Of a stretch of 64,000 nt of DNA, positions 17,846-27,856 are shown piece by piece. The DNA comes from an uncultured Candidatus Saccharibacteria bacterium (lineage in GTDB: Bacteria > Patescibacteriota > Minisyncoccia > Phycocordibacterales > Phycocordibacteraceae): assembly GCA_964446735.1 (NCBI GenBank), contig CAYUQB010000001.1, forward strand, positions 199,465-263,464, written 5' to 3'. Position numbers and translations under genes: made by a program. Within the stretch, counting starts at the first letter, position 1, and the number at the start of each line of letters is the position of its first letter. A model generated the notes under the pieces. It made no database searches. It saw nothing but the letters and a program-made list of their open reading frames with translations, and was not told the DNA's origin.

Positions 17846-18666
17846 TCCACAGCCCGGGACGGAGGCACGCAATCGTGTGAGTCTCGACTCACACCCTTGT
17901 GGACTTCCGTCCCGACGAGCCCTTCTTTCGTTTGACCACCACGCATTCCCCGCGTGGTGTTCTTGTTTTTAATGGAACGTATAGGGAAGTCGTGCTACAA
18001 TTCTCGCAATCGCCCACCCGGGCGATATTCACGTTCTAGTCGGAGGGCACATGCCGCCGTTTCAACATCAGCAGCCCATGACGGGCGTCATCCCCAGGTA
18101 CTTGGGGCCAACCGCCCCGAAGTCCTGCGAACGCGACCCGAATCGTCCGCCCGTGCATACGACGCCTCGCGCGTCCAAGCGCTAACGGAGCAGATTCGAT
18201 GGCCGAGCCGCAGGAACACGAAAGCACCTGGTCGCCGCCTCATTGGCAGGATCAGCTCGACACTGGCACCAGCCACCCGACGGACAACAGCGCCGAACGG
18301 TCCTGGCTGGAGCGTCGTGAGGACGATCCGACCACGCACTAGGAACAGGCGAGCGATAGCAGGGAAGTCGAGTGCCAACACGCGTCGACTATGGAGGAAA
18401 CGTCCCATCAACGAACCCCGTGCACGCTCGTCGGGGTGGAGGGCGCGTCGCCCTCCACCCAGTTCCTGGTTAGTTCTTTGTCCGCAGGTGCGGACGTCCA
18501 TCAGAAGATGAAGAAGGTCTGCCAAACGGCAGGCTTTATTTATTTTGCGCACTTCCCTCTCTATCTCGTCTTGACGTTATCCACAGGTGCTGGTATGGTA
18601 TTGCCGCTGACCGGAGTGCATTTCCACTTCGTCGACGTCAGCGAAGTTCCAACCGGAGAGACTCTC

Positions 18667-18837
18667 ATGGCCAAAGCGCCCAAAGAAGGCAAGAAGAAGT
18701 TCCCCCTCGGCAAGGTCCTGTTCGGCATCGCCGGCCTGGGCACGCTCGTCTTCCTGAACCGCAACCGCATCCTGGACGCCGTCGACGGCGCCTTGACCCT
18801 GGCCTTCGGCCCCCCGCCCGAGGATCGGGCGGTCTGA
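18667..18837 (+). CDS. Hypothetical 56-aa membrane peptide in a GC-rich islet
   Basis: GGAGAG SD 7 nt upstream. MAKAPKEGKKKFPLGKVLFGIAGLGTLVFLNRNRILDAVDGALTLAFGPPPEDRAV has one TM helix. Confidence 0.3.
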   Translation: MAKAPKEGKKKFPLGKVLFGIAGLGTLVFLNRNRILDAVDGALTLAFGPPPEDRAV

Positions 18838-19029
18838 TCCACCATCCGGAAGTACTTACTTCCCCGCCCCGGCTGCGCTTGCAGCTGGGGCTTCGGATTT
18901 TAATAGGACACACTAGTTATCCCTTGACAAGAAATGGCGTGCCACGATACGGTGCAGGAGCACCGGTACCCGTAGGGACGACCACCGGTCGTTCCTTGGG
19001 AACCATCCTCAAGCGAAGGGTTCAACGCG

Positions 19030-19347
<318 letters not shown>

Positions 19348-19564
19348 CGTCCGCCGGGCCGGTCTCCCGACGCTCTTCCTCCGAACGTGAGGCCGGTCTC
19401 CTCGAGGGGCCCCTGGGTGTTTGCGCAAGCAAATGCCTGGGGGCTCTTTCCATTTATATAGATTATTGCTATATTCCCTTTCGTAGAGCGGGTAGCAGTA
19501 CGGATGAGCTAACCCTGAAGTCGCGAGGCTTTAGTACTCTCCGGAACGTGCTCGCATCATATTC

Positions 19565-20698
19565 ATGGAAGAAAAAGAGAAGGACTCTCGCAGTCCTATC
19601 GCCAGCACGATTGTAGTTGCACCTGACCATCCGATGGCCGGGCTCATTGACCGTATCCCTGCCCCTCCCCGCCCCGGTGATCTTGTCGAGGGCACCATAA
19701 TCGAGCTCGTGCGTGGACGTCTCTACGTTGATCTGCCTCCGTACGGCACCGGTATCATTTACGGCCGCGAATACCTCAATGCCGCCGATGTGCTTCGAAA
19801 AGCGAACCCAGGAGACACCATCACTGCGAAAGTGGTTGATGCTGCAGGTATCGAGGGATACATCGAGCTCTCCTTGAAGGAGGCTCGTCAGGCTGCTATC
19901 TGGAGCGAGGCCGAGCAGGCTATTGCCGGTCAGAGCGTGTACAACCTCACGGTTGAAGAAGCGAACAAGGGTGGACTCATTCTTTCCTGGCAGGGTATCC
20001 AGGGCTTCCTCCCTGCTTCCCAGCTCGCCAAGGAACACTACCCGCGCGTGCCCGAGGGTGATAAGGAGAAGATCTTCGGTGAGCTCGCCAAGCTCGTGGG
20101 TCACACGCTTGCCGTACGCATCATCACCGCGGACGCTAAGGAGGGTAAGCTCATTTTCTCTGAGCGTGCTGGCGACGAAGAGGAAGTGAAGGCAAATCTC
20201 ATCGATAAGTACCAGGTGGGCGATGTCGTTGAAGGTGAGGTCACCGGCGCAGTCGACTTCGGTGTCTTCGTGAAGCTCGAGCAGGGTCTTGAGGGATTGG
20301 TGCATATCAGCGAACTCGACTGGGGACTCGTGGAAGATCCTCGCGCGCTCTTTGCAGTTGGCGACACTGTTCGCGTGAAGGTTATCGAGATCAAGGACGG
20401 CAAGGTGTCGCTCTCGGTGAAGGCGCTTAAGGAAAATCCGTGGAAGACCGCAAGCGAACGCTACAAGAAGGGTATGGAAGTGTCAGGCGTCATCATCAAG
20501 TACAACAAGCATGGTGCCCTCGCTTCTATCGAAGAGGGCGTTGCGGGACTCGTGCACATCAGCGAGTTCGCCTCCCCCGCGGAGCTGCGTGAGACGCTTG
20601 AGCTTGGTAAGTCATACCCCTTCAGCATCACGCTCTTTGAGCCAAAGGATCAGCGTATGACGCTCGCGTACACCGGACCCACAAAAACAAAGAAGTAA
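19565..20698 (+). CDS. rpsA: 30S ribosomal protein S1 (short form with four S1 domains)
   Basis: Repeated S1 OB-fold signatures are present (GDLVEGTIIEL, GDVVEGEVTGAVDFGVFVKL..GLVHISEL, GMEVSGVIIKYNKHGALASI..GLVHISEF). Confidence 0.85.
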   Translation: MEEKEKDSRSPIASTIVVAPDHPMAGLIDRIPAPPRPGDLVEGTIIELVRGRLYVDLPPYGTGIIYGREYLNAADVLRKANPGDTITAKVVDAAGIEGYIELSLKEARQAAIWSEAEQAIAGQSVYNLTVEEANKGGLILSWQGIQGFLPASQLAKEHYPRVPEGDKEKIFGELAKLVGHTLAVRIITADAKEGKLIFSERAGDEEEVKANLIDKYQVGDVVEGEVTGAVDFGVFVKLEQGLEGLVHISELDWGLVEDPRALFAVGDTVRVKVIEIKDGKVSLSVKALKENPWKTASERYKKGMEVSGVIIKYNKHGALASIEEGVAGLVHISEFASPAELRETLELGKSYPFSITLFEPKDQRMTLAYTGPTKTKK

Positions 20699-20750
20699 AT
20701 CTGTATCTCAATGAACGAACCCGGCGACCATGTGATCGCCGGGTTCATTC

Positions 20751-22820
20751 ATGCTTCATTTTCGTGCTTGGTATACTCGCACCACACACATGACTCCTCC
20801 TTCCATTGGACCGGTTCGCCTGTATAGCCAGAGAGAATGGCAGGTGGGGTCGCTACTTTTCACTGGATTCCTTGCGGTCAGTCTCCTGCGCGCATCGATC
20901 ATCCCGACAGATACGTTCCTATTCCCTGCTGCGGCGGTTGCGATGGCCGGTCTCTTCTTTGGCGGTCTTCGGTTGTGGCCGTTTGTGCTTCTTGCGGCAG
21001 GTGCCAGTGCTGCGTTTGAAGGTCTTTCCCTCCCCCTGCTTGCGCTCCTGCCGATTGCGCACACGGTGCAGGCAGTAGCGGGAGCGTATTTCTTGCGATC
21101 AGCTCACGTTGATCCTCTATTCCGCCGCTACCGCGACACGTTTTACTTCATGCTCGTTGCCATATGCGTCGCGACGATCCTCCCTACCCTCGTTGTCACC
21201 AGTGAGTTATTTCTCGGCAGACCATTCTTGCTTGGAACATGGGGCCAGGCATACCTGTCGATGCTCACTTCGCTCCTTATCGTCAGTCCATTTCTTTTAC
21301 GCTGGATCGCAAAACCACGGTTCAGCCGTACCGCCCTGGAATGGGTGGAGCTCGTCTGTGTCTTTGGAGTCCTTATCCTTATTGGTGCTGCCCTTTTTAT
21401 CGTCGACGTTCAAACCATCTTCGGAATTGAGCTCGTGTACTTCCTTGCCATTCCTCTCTTTTGGACGGCGCTCCGACACCGACCACGCTGGGTCAGTCTT
21501 GCCATCTTAGTCACTGCGGTGCTTGCGATAGGAGGTGAGCTGCTGGATCCGGCCGTCGCAACCCTCCCTCAGCGTCTCTATGAGGTTGAAGCATTGCTTA
21601 TTCTCATTGCTCTCTCGTTCTTTACCATTGTCTCGCTTGAGGAGGATCGTCGAGTGAATACAAACCTCATGCGCTCACAGTTGGCGACACTCGAGAATGC
21701 ACTCGCACGCATCACTTCTGAATCGAATGCCAAGAACGACTTCATTGCCATCCTTGCGCATGAACTACGTAATCCCCTTGCACCGATTATGTCCGGTATC
21801 GATCTCATGAAACTCAAGGAAGACCGGGACCCGGATGAGCAAGCAACGCTTGTCATGATGGAAGATCGTATGGACATGATCCGGAGACTTCTTGATGATC
21901 TCCTTGATATCTCGCGGATCTCTGAGGGTAAGATCGCGCTCAAGCGAGAGCTACTCAATCTTGAGGATGTGATACGTCACTCTGTGCTCTCTACGACCCA
22001 TTACTTCAAGGAGCGACACCAAACGTTGGTGTTGAAGTTCCCACCGCGAAAGAAAACCGTACTAGGCGACCCAGTTCGTCTTGAGCAGGTGTTCTCAAAT
22101 CTCCTAACGAACGCTTCGAAATATTCAGACTCCGGAGGCACCGTACACCTCACCATGCAGCGCAGTGGCGACTATGTTGAAGTCATTATTACCGACCAAG
22201 GTATTGGTATTGATCCAGCACACGTTGAAGAGATATTCACGCCCTTTCACCAAGCAGGAGAAGTGGGAAGGACTAAGAAAGGTTTGGGTATCGGCCTTGC
22301 GCTCGTACGCAGTTTTGTCGAGATGCACTACGGCAGCGTGCGCGCCCGGAGCCGCGGTAAGGGACTTGGGAGTGAGTTCATCGTTCGACTCCCGCTTCAT
22401 GAGAGTGTTGAGCACTCTGCTGATGAGGAGCCGCCAGGTGAGGTGGCGGGGCCCGTACGCCGGTCCAGTTTTTCCGTGCTCGTGGTGGATGATAACGATG
22501 CCGCAGCAGCAGGGATTGGACGACTCCTTGAGTTGCGCGGCTGCCACGTCAGGTATGCATACGATGGAGCTCAAGCGATACGCGAAACGATGAACCATAC
22601 TCCTGACGCGGTGCTTCTTGATGTCGGACTTCCCGATCAGGATGGATACGAAGTTGCGCAAACGCTGCGTGCTCGGGGATACTCCGGCCGCCTCATTGCG
22701 CTTACCGGGTTCTCCACTGACGAAGCACGTGAACGTGGAAAAGAAGTTGGGTTCGATCACTATCTCGTGAAGCCCGCAGGACTTGCTGATCTCAGACGGG
22801 TTATCCCGGAATTGGGATAG
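20751..22820 (+). CDS. Hybrid sensor histidine kinase (multi-TM sensor, HisKA, HATPase_c and C-terminal REC)
   Basis: The H-box is FIAILAHELRNPLAPI. The N, G1 and G2 boxes are NLLTNASKYS, DQGIGID and GLGIGLALV. The receiver domain is VLVVDDN...LLDVGLPDQDG...LTGFS...KP. The start may be ATG 20790 instead. Confidence 0.8.
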   Translation: MLHFRAWYTRTTHMTPPSIGPVRLYSQREWQVGSLLFTGFLAVSLLRASIIPTDTFLFPAAAVAMAGLFFGGLRLWPFVLLAAGASAAFEGLSLPLLALLPIAHTVQAVAGAYFLRSAHVDPLFRRYRDTFYFMLVAICVATILPTLVVTSELFLGRPFLLGTWGQAYLSMLTSLLIVSPFLLRWIAKPRFSRTALEWVELVCVFGVLILIGAALFIVDVQTIFGIELVYFLAIPLFWTALRHRPRWVSLAILVTAVLAIGGELLDPAVATLPQRLYEVEALLILIALSFFTIVSLEEDRRVNTNLMRSQLATLENALARITSESNAKNDFIAILAHELRNPLAPIMSGIDLMKLKEDRDPDEQATLVMMEDRMDMIRRLLDDLLDISRISEGKIALKRELLNLEDVIRHSVLSTTHYFKERHQTLVLKFPPRKKTVLGDPVRLEQVFSNLLTNASKYSDSGGTVHLTMQRSGDYVEVIITDQGIGIDPAHVEEIFTPFHQAGEVGRTKKGLGIGLALVRSFVEMHYGSVRARSRGKGLGSEFIVRLPLHESVEHSADEEPPGEVAGPVRRSSFSVLVVDDNDAAAAGIGRLLELRGCHVRYAYDGAQAIRETMNHTPDAVLLDVGLPDQDGYEVAQTLRARGYSGRLIALTGFSTDEARERGKEVGFDHYLVKPAGLADLRRVIPELG

Positions 22821-22895
22821 ATGAAGCATTCATAGGTTGTCTTGTAATCCTCGATACAGGTAGTAGTGTTTTTGTGGGGGAAAGGAGCACCAACA

Positions 22896-23534
22896 ATGCA
22901 GATGATCTTGCGTCCGCGGATGCAGATGGCTGACTTGTTGATGACCCTCTCCTATCACAACGTAGACCCTAGTAAGTTCCATGGGCGACTCACTAAATTG
23001 CTCGAGGAATTCAACACCGGCGACACGCTGTTCTTTCAGACGTCTGACAACAGGCTCGGCAAGGGACGCTACAGCGCCAAGATTCATCTCGTGTGGAGAG
23101 GGCGTCAACTCTACGAAGTAAAACGGATCCACCCGGACGGCGAAGTAGTCGACGGTGAGAAACCCTGGTTTGTAAGCGGTACGATCAAGCGGCCGCACGG
23201 CCGCCGGATCAAAACCAATCGGCACGGGGAAAAACCCCTTCCCGCTGCGATCAGGGAGGTGGCGCAGGAGACGGGCGTGCAGCTCAGCCCGCGAGATCTC
23301 ACGCTCCTCCACGGAGGGCAAGGGATCGAAATGCCGCTCCGCGAATCGAGTGTCTGGATCGGCCTCCTTGCCTGGGAAATGCAATATCATTTCCTGTACG
23401 ACTGTTCTCACTTGGATGAGCAACCGTGGCCACTCGGCCTCACCATCAACGAGAGCGATGGGACCACGGTGGTCGACGAGTGGGGCGAACAAACTACATT
23501 TCCTGACGGCGTCTACCCGGGCGCACACAGGTAA
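22896..23534 (+). CDS. Hypothetical protein with a degenerate Nudix-like box
   Basis: AAGGAG SD 9 nt upstream of ATG (MQMILRP...). The motif HGEKPLPAAIREVAQETGV partially matches the Nudix consensus GX5EX7REUXEEXGU. It was preferred over the antisense ORF 22830..23528 because of the SD. Confidence 0.4.
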   Translation: MQMILRPRMQMADLLMTLSYHNVDPSKFHGRLTKLLEEFNTGDTLFFQTSDNRLGKGRYSAKIHLVWRGRQLYEVKRIHPDGEVVDGEKPWFVSGTIKRPHGRRIKTNRHGEKPLPAAIREVAQETGVQLSPRDLTLLHGGQGIEMPLRESSVWIGLLAWEMQYHFLYDCSHLDEQPWPLGLTINESDGTTVVDEWGEQTTFPDGVYPGAHR

Positions 23535-23581
23535 GCAGGCGGCAGTGGGATCCTCACGGACCCACTGCTCTCTTGTATGTG

Positions 23582-24205
23582 CTACCGAGTGTTCGCAATG
23601 AGCATCGCCTGCTCAACTCCTGTCTCCACAAATGCCCGTATCGCTTCGTTCGCTCTCGTAAGAGTTGTATTCAATACCTTCTCCTCGTCCGGTTTGAATG
23701 TACCAAGCACGTGCTTCACGACCTTATCTTCACCTACCGGTTTACGAAGTTTTCCTTTTGGTGTTGCACCTGAAATACCGACTTTGATTTGTGCGAAGTC
23801 CTTCGTCTTAAGTGCGCGCATGATGCTCTCAACTCCCTTATGCCCGCCGCTTCCCCGTCCGAAGGTCATCTTGAGTGTGCCAAGCGGCATATCAAGTTCA
23901 TCACGAATGATGATGAGTTTTTTAGCAGCCGGTTTGCTTTTGACGAAGCTTGGAATGATCTTCCCAGAAAGATTCATCGCGACCTCGGGAAGCACGAGAA
24001 CTACTTTTTCTCCGTCGATGGAACCCTCTGATACGAGTGCCTTGGCGGCCTTGCGGAGGGTGAACTCGGGGAACCCTTCCTGCTGTGCAAACCGCATGAG
24101 GGCGATGCGCCCTGCGTTATGCCGGGTCTTTTCATATGCCCCTTCAGGGTTTCCCAATCCTACGACGGTGTAAGCCACGCTCGGATTGTACCAACGACTT
24201 CCCAT
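23582..24205 (-). CDS. pth: Peptidyl-tRNA hydrolase
   Basis: The N-terminus AYTVVGLGNPEGAYEKTRHNAG contains the catalytic His and is followed by a Pth fold. The start is ambiguous between ATG 24205 and GTG 24178. Either overlaps the upstream gene. Confidence 0.8.
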   Translation of the reverse strand: MGSRWYNPSVAYTVVGLGNPEGAYEKTRHNAGRIALMRFAQQEGFPEFTLRKAAKALVSEGSIDGEKVVLVLPEVAMNLSGKIIPSFVKSKPAAKKLIIIRDELDMPLGTLKMTFGRGSGGHKGVESIMRALKTKDFAQIKVGISGATPKGKLRKPVGEDKVVKHVLGTFKPDEEKVLNTTLTRANEAIRAFVETGVEQAMLIANTR

Positions 24206-24921
24206 TCGCGCCCATCGAAGTCATGATCTGCTTTTTGGATTGTGATGTGTGAGGCATTGGGGAATTTGCGAGCAAAGCGCGCGTGTTCGCTCGGACGCGC
24301 AACCGTCTCATCACGATCAGCAGAGACGATGAGTGTCGGAATGGTGATGTAGGGTGCATCGCGATGCGCATCATAGCGGATGAAGTCACGTACCCAGGCT
24401 CGTCCAAGTTTTTCGTGGTTCTCGTCGATGCTTAACACTTTTTGAGAGCCAGTGATGAACCAAAGGAGGAGGATTGGAACCGCTGCGCCCCAAAGCGTCT
24501 TCCAGGACATGGCAGGCGCAAGAAGGATGAGACGTTGCACATCGTACGGATGATGACGTGCATGATGCACGGCTGAAAATCCTCCCATGGAGTGCCCCAG
24601 GAGGACGAGTGGTGGCGTGAACCACGGTTGCTGCTTTACGTAGGCGATGGCGTCCTCGGTATCGCGGATCGATTTGGTGGGAGTGGATTCGAAGAACCGT
24701 GCATCGAGGCTCTTAACTCCGTGTGAGTCATCAAATGCAAAGGTGTTGTATCCCGCAGTTGCGAGACCCTGCGCGACTTGGGTGATGAGCTGTTGATCGC
24801 GAAGTCCACCAAGTCCATGGAGAAGAATGACGGTGCCACACGGCTTCTGCTCCGGAGTGCGGAGTGTCGAAGGCATGCGTCGTCCGTCGCGATTGGTGAG
24901 TACGAGCTCCTCGCTGGCCAT
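24160..24921 (-). CDS. α/β-fold hydrolase (esterase/lipase family)
   Basis: The nucleophile elbow is LLGHSMGGF. HGLGG lies near the N-terminus and Asp/His residues sit in the C-terminal region. Confidence 0.75.
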   Translation of the reverse strand: MASEELVLTNRDGRRMPSTLRTPEQKPCGTVILLHGLGGLRDQQLITQVAQGLATAGYNTFAFDDSHGVKSLDARFFESTPTKSIRDTEDAIAYVKQQPWFTPPLVLLGHSMGGFSAVHHARHHPYDVQRLILLAPAMSWKTLWGAAVPILLLWFITGSQKVLSIDENHEKLGRAWVRDFIRYDAHRDAPYITIPTLIVSADRDETVARPSEHARFARKFPNASHITIQKADHDFDGREWEVVGTIRAWLTPS

Positions 24922-25162
24922 GTGCTTCTATCATACCAGTGGATAACTTTACGCTCTTGTAAAAACAACAGTACGCTTATGAGTAGGAAGTGACTGAAGA
25001 CGATGGCCAAGTCGATGACCCCGCTTAACGGAAGGACCGGGACCGGAAAACCGATTCCTTTGCAGAAGCGGCACCACCATCACTGCTGCCCGCGTACGTC
25101 TTCGGAGAGGCCGCCGCAGTTGATGCGACGGCCCTTTCCTGTCTAGGGCACACGGGCAAATA

Positions 25163-25190
25163 TTGACGGCACAGGATGCAGGCATACAAT
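25163..25190 (+). promoter_or_regulatory. σ70-like promoter for lepB (near-leaderless)
   Basis: TTGACG (25163-25168), a 16-nt spacer, then TACAAT (25185-25190). The lepB ATG is at 25199, so the predicted TSS lies within a few nt of the start codon. Confidence 0.4.
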
Positions 25191-25198
25191 ACCCGCAC

Positions 25199-25750
25199 AT
25201 GAAGTTCCTCGAGAGCGCGTTCAAGGAAATTCTCACCTTCATCGTTCTCGCTATCATCATCGTCGTTCCGATTCGCCTCTTCGTCGCCCAGCCATTTGTT
25301 GTTGAAGGCGAGTCGATGCACCCCACGTTCGCAAGCGGCGACTATCTCATTGTTGATGAGCTAACGTATCGTTTCAGTACGCCCAAGCGCGGTGATGCCG
25401 TCGTCTTCCGTTACCCGAATGATCCGAATGTCTTCTATGTGAAGCGCATCATTGGTCTGCCGGGTGAGACCGTACACATCGATCATGGCCAGACCACTAT
25501 TACGAAGGCTGACGGGACAACCCTTACCCTTGATGAAGGATACGTAGTCGAGGAAGACGCGACCTACACTCAGGACACCACCCTTGGTGCCGATCAGTAC
25601 TTCGTCATGGGAGATAACCGGCCACGAAGTTCCGATTCGCGCATCTGGGGTCCGCTTCCAAAAAAGAACATTATGGGTCGTGCGTATATTCGCCTGCTGC
25701 CTCCGAGTGAGTTTGGAGTACTGCCCGGGGCCGTAGCACTACCACAATGA
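25199..25750 (+). CDS. lepB: Signal peptidase I
   Basis: The TM helix is followed by the Ser box GESMHPTF and the Lys box YVKRIIGLPGE, then GDNRPRSSDSRIWG. Confidence 0.8.
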   Translation: MKFLESAFKEILTFIVLAIIIVVPIRLFVAQPFVVEGESMHPTFASGDYLIVDELTYRFSTPKRGDAVVFRYPNDPNVFYVKRIIGLPGETVHIDHGQTTITKADGTTLTLDEGYVVEEDATYTQDTTLGADQYFVMGDNRPRSSDSRIWGPLPKKNIMGRAYIRLLPPSEFGVLPGAVALPQ

Positions 25751-26892
25751 GCGCCCAGTTGACTCCGTCGGATGTTCTGCGCCGCGCACACGCGGTGGGG
25801 ACCTATTACGGATTCTCTTCTCTCTCCTCCCTTACGATGCGTAAACGTGGCAGTGGATCACGTGCTCCGTACCCTGAGCAGTGCAATCTCGATGCGCTCG
25901 ACTCCTCAGCAAAAGAAGTTGCGGGACTCTTAAAGCAGGTGCGTGACGCCGGACTTACTCCATCGAGCCTGCAGCCTTTGTTTGTGTGGCACACGAACGC
26001 TGCACCGGGTCGTCCAGCACCCCGTTCTATTGTGGTGCAGTTCCATGCACTTGGTGTTGAACATGCGATTGCGGACGCAGTGCTCATTCGTGCCGTGCGT
26101 TCATTCATGCAGGACCTGGTGAAGCATGAGCCACGCCTTCGTCTTAACTCTATGGGCGACAAAGAGACGAGGAGCCGATTTGCGCGTGAGCTCACTGGAT
26201 TCTTCCGGAAGAATGGCACGACCCTTCCTCCCGACTGTGTTGCGTGTGCACGTACCGACGTCTTTGAGGCGGCAGAGAAACTCATTGCATGCGAAGGCAC
26301 TGAGTGCGAGATCCCCTCGCCTACCGATCATCTTTCAGAAGCAAGCCGCAAGCACTTCGAAGCGGTGCTCGAATACCTGGAAGCGACTGATACTCCCTAT
26401 GAACTCGCTCCCGATATTCTCTCCCGTGGAAACTCCTGGGGTGAGACCTGCTTTGAGATACTTGCCGACGATCGCATCCACGCATGGGGATCACGGTATC
26501 AGGAGCTATCTAAACCGTTCTTCAAGGGAAACTTCTCTTCCATAGGAGCGGTGGTGCGCATTACGCTTCCGGACCGTTCGGAGATAGCGCCTCTCAAGGA
26601 GCGAAGCAACCCCCGATTCGTATTCGTCCACATCGGCGACGAAGCAAAGCGAGAGAGTATGAAGATGGCTGATACGCTCCGGCATGCTCGCATTCCACTT
26701 ACTCAAGCAATCGGTATCGCGTCTCTGACGGAACAGATGCGCTTTGCAGATACGATCAACGCGCCATACCTTCTCATCATGGGGCGCAAAGAGGCGCTTG
26801 AGCGCTCGGTGATCCTCCGAGAACGGGCGACCCACGCAGAAACATTCATTCCGCTTGATTCCCTGGTGGATCGGTTGCGGGCGGTTGCCTAG
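25747..26892 (+). CDS. Histidyl-tRNA synthetase-like class II aaRS paralog (HisRS/HisZ-like, possibly degenerate)
   Basis: IVVQFHALGVE, LRLNSMGD, LSRGNSWGETCFEI and WGSRYQEL...GAVVRITL align to the HisRS core. The C-terminus is an anticodon-binding-like α/β domain (FVFVHIGDEA...APYLLIMG). It overlaps the lepB stop by 4 nt. Confidence 0.5.
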   Translation: MSAQLTPSDVLRRAHAVGTYYGFSSLSSLTMRKRGSGSRAPYPEQCNLDALDSSAKEVAGLLKQVRDAGLTPSSLQPLFVWHTNAAPGRPAPRSIVVQFHALGVEHAIADAVLIRAVRSFMQDLVKHEPRLRLNSMGDKETRSRFARELTGFFRKNGTTLPPDCVACARTDVFEAAEKLIACEGTECEIPSPTDHLSEASRKHFEAVLEYLEATDTPYELAPDILSRGNSWGETCFEILADDRIHAWGSRYQELSKPFFKGNFSSIGAVVRITLPDRSEIAPLKERSNPRFVFVHIGDEAKRESMKMADTLRHARIPLTQAIGIASLTEQMRFADTINAPYLLIMGRKEALERSVILRERATHAETFIPLDSLVDRLRAVA

Positions 26893-26911
26893 AGTCCCGC
26901 TCGTGCGGGAC

Positions 26912-26941
26912 TTGACTTTTTATAGAAAAGGTGTATATAAT
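26912..26941 (+). promoter_or_regulatory. σ70-like promoter overlapping the upstream terminator hairpin
   Basis: TTGACT (26912-26917), an 18-nt spacer, then TATAAT (26936-26941). The hairpin agtcccgc-tcgt-gcgggact (26893-26912) immediately follows the hisS-like stop. Confidence 0.45.
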
Positions 26942-26974
26942 ACGACTTGCATCAACTTGTTCTGCGAGGACAAC

Positions 26975-27337
26975 ATGTCAGCGATCGTCTTTGAGCGCAC
27001 CTTCAAATCCCTGGGTCTGCTGTGTCTCCTGGGCGGCCTCACGTTCTGGCTGCTCGGGTGGTGGATCGACGACTGGATCGTCGCCGAACGCTACCAGCTC
27101 CTGGCCCTGGGCGCGGGCTACACCACCGTCGGCCTCTCGACCCTGCTCTTCGCCTTCACGTGCGAGCACGACAACCGGTTCCTGTTCTACCTGACCTGCG
27201 CGATCGTCGCGTTCGCCATCGGCGCGGTCCTCTTCCTGAGGCCGTACAGCTTCGTCGAGCTGTTCGAGAGCTGGACAGCCCTCGTGCTCGGTGGGGTGCT
27301 GGCCATCGGCGGGATCGTCGTGATCACCGTAAAATAG
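26975..27337 (+). CDS. Hypothetical 4-TM membrane protein in a GC-rich cassette
   Basis: GAGGA SD 5 nt upstream of ATG. The sequence MSAIVFERTFKSLGLLCLLGGLTFWLLGWW... is about 60-65% GC with high GC3. Confidence 0.55.
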   Translation: MSAIVFERTFKSLGLLCLLGGLTFWLLGWWIDDWIVAERYQLLALGAGYTTVGLSTLLFAFTCEHDNRFLFYLTCAIVAFAIGAVLFLRPYSFVELFESWTALVLGGVLAIGGIVVITVK

Positions 27338-27357
27338 GCCACGCACCCGACCCGTTC

Positions 27358-27393
27358 AACGCCGCCCAGCCGAAAGGAGGGGCGGCGTTTTGA
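27358..27393 (+). terminator. Rho-independent terminator
   Basis: gccgccc-agccgaaaggag-gggcggc followed by gtttt. Confidence 0.55.
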
Positions 27394-27492
27394 ATTCCTT
27401 GAGAAATACGTCTCTACGCGAAACTTGACTTTATGCATAGTTATATAGCATAGTGATGGCCGTTTGAACCTGGGTTAAGGGAGACCCGAACG

Positions 27493-27834
27493 ATGCAAAA
27501 GATGACCGCCCTCCTGCTTCTTGCGGGAGTCGGCCTTGGTGGGGCCGCCTTCTACACCGGGAGGCTGACCGCCCCCGACCCCTCGTACGCGCTGTGGATC
27601 TATTCCCAGGCCGCGTACGCTTCCCCCTTGGGCCTCCCTCACTTCCAGCCGGAGGTGGGGACGAAGGAGGAAACCACCCGGGCTGCGCGTGCGTATGCCG
27701 CGGCGGACCAGAAGGATCTGAACGTCGTCCTGGTCTGCAAGATGCAGCCGGGACCTCACCAGGAGCTTCTGGACGCCTCTCCGTACATGGCCACCGACGG
27801 AGACGAGCGGTCCAGGAACTGCCAGAAGTTCTGA
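27493..27834 (+). CDS. Hypothetical secreted protein in a GC-rich cassette
   Basis: The promoter TTGACT (27425-27430) has a TA-rich -10 region. AAGGGAG SD is present. The signal peptide is MQKMTALLLLAGVGLGGAAFYTG. Confidence 0.5.
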   Translation: MQKMTALLLLAGVGLGGAAFYTGRLTAPDPSYALWIYSQAAYASPLGLPHFQPEVGTKEETTRAARAYAAADQKDLNVVLVCKMQPGPHQELLDASPYMATDGDERSRNCQKF

Positions 27835-27856
27835 GTTCTTCACCAAACCGTACCGA

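Noticed and set aside
17954-18552. 185-aa plus and 154-aa minus Arg-rich ORFs
   Set aside because: These are typical out-of-frame artefacts of GC-rich DNA (Arg/Pro/Ser-rich, no SD). Only short SD-led ORFs in this islet look plausible.
19469-20305. 278-aa minus-strand ORF
   Set aside because: It is antisense to rpsA, which has four clear S1 domains. The translation is low-complexity.
22125-22829. 234-aa minus-strand ORF
   Set aside because: It is antisense to the hybrid histidine kinase, which has clear HisKA, HATPase and REC motifs.
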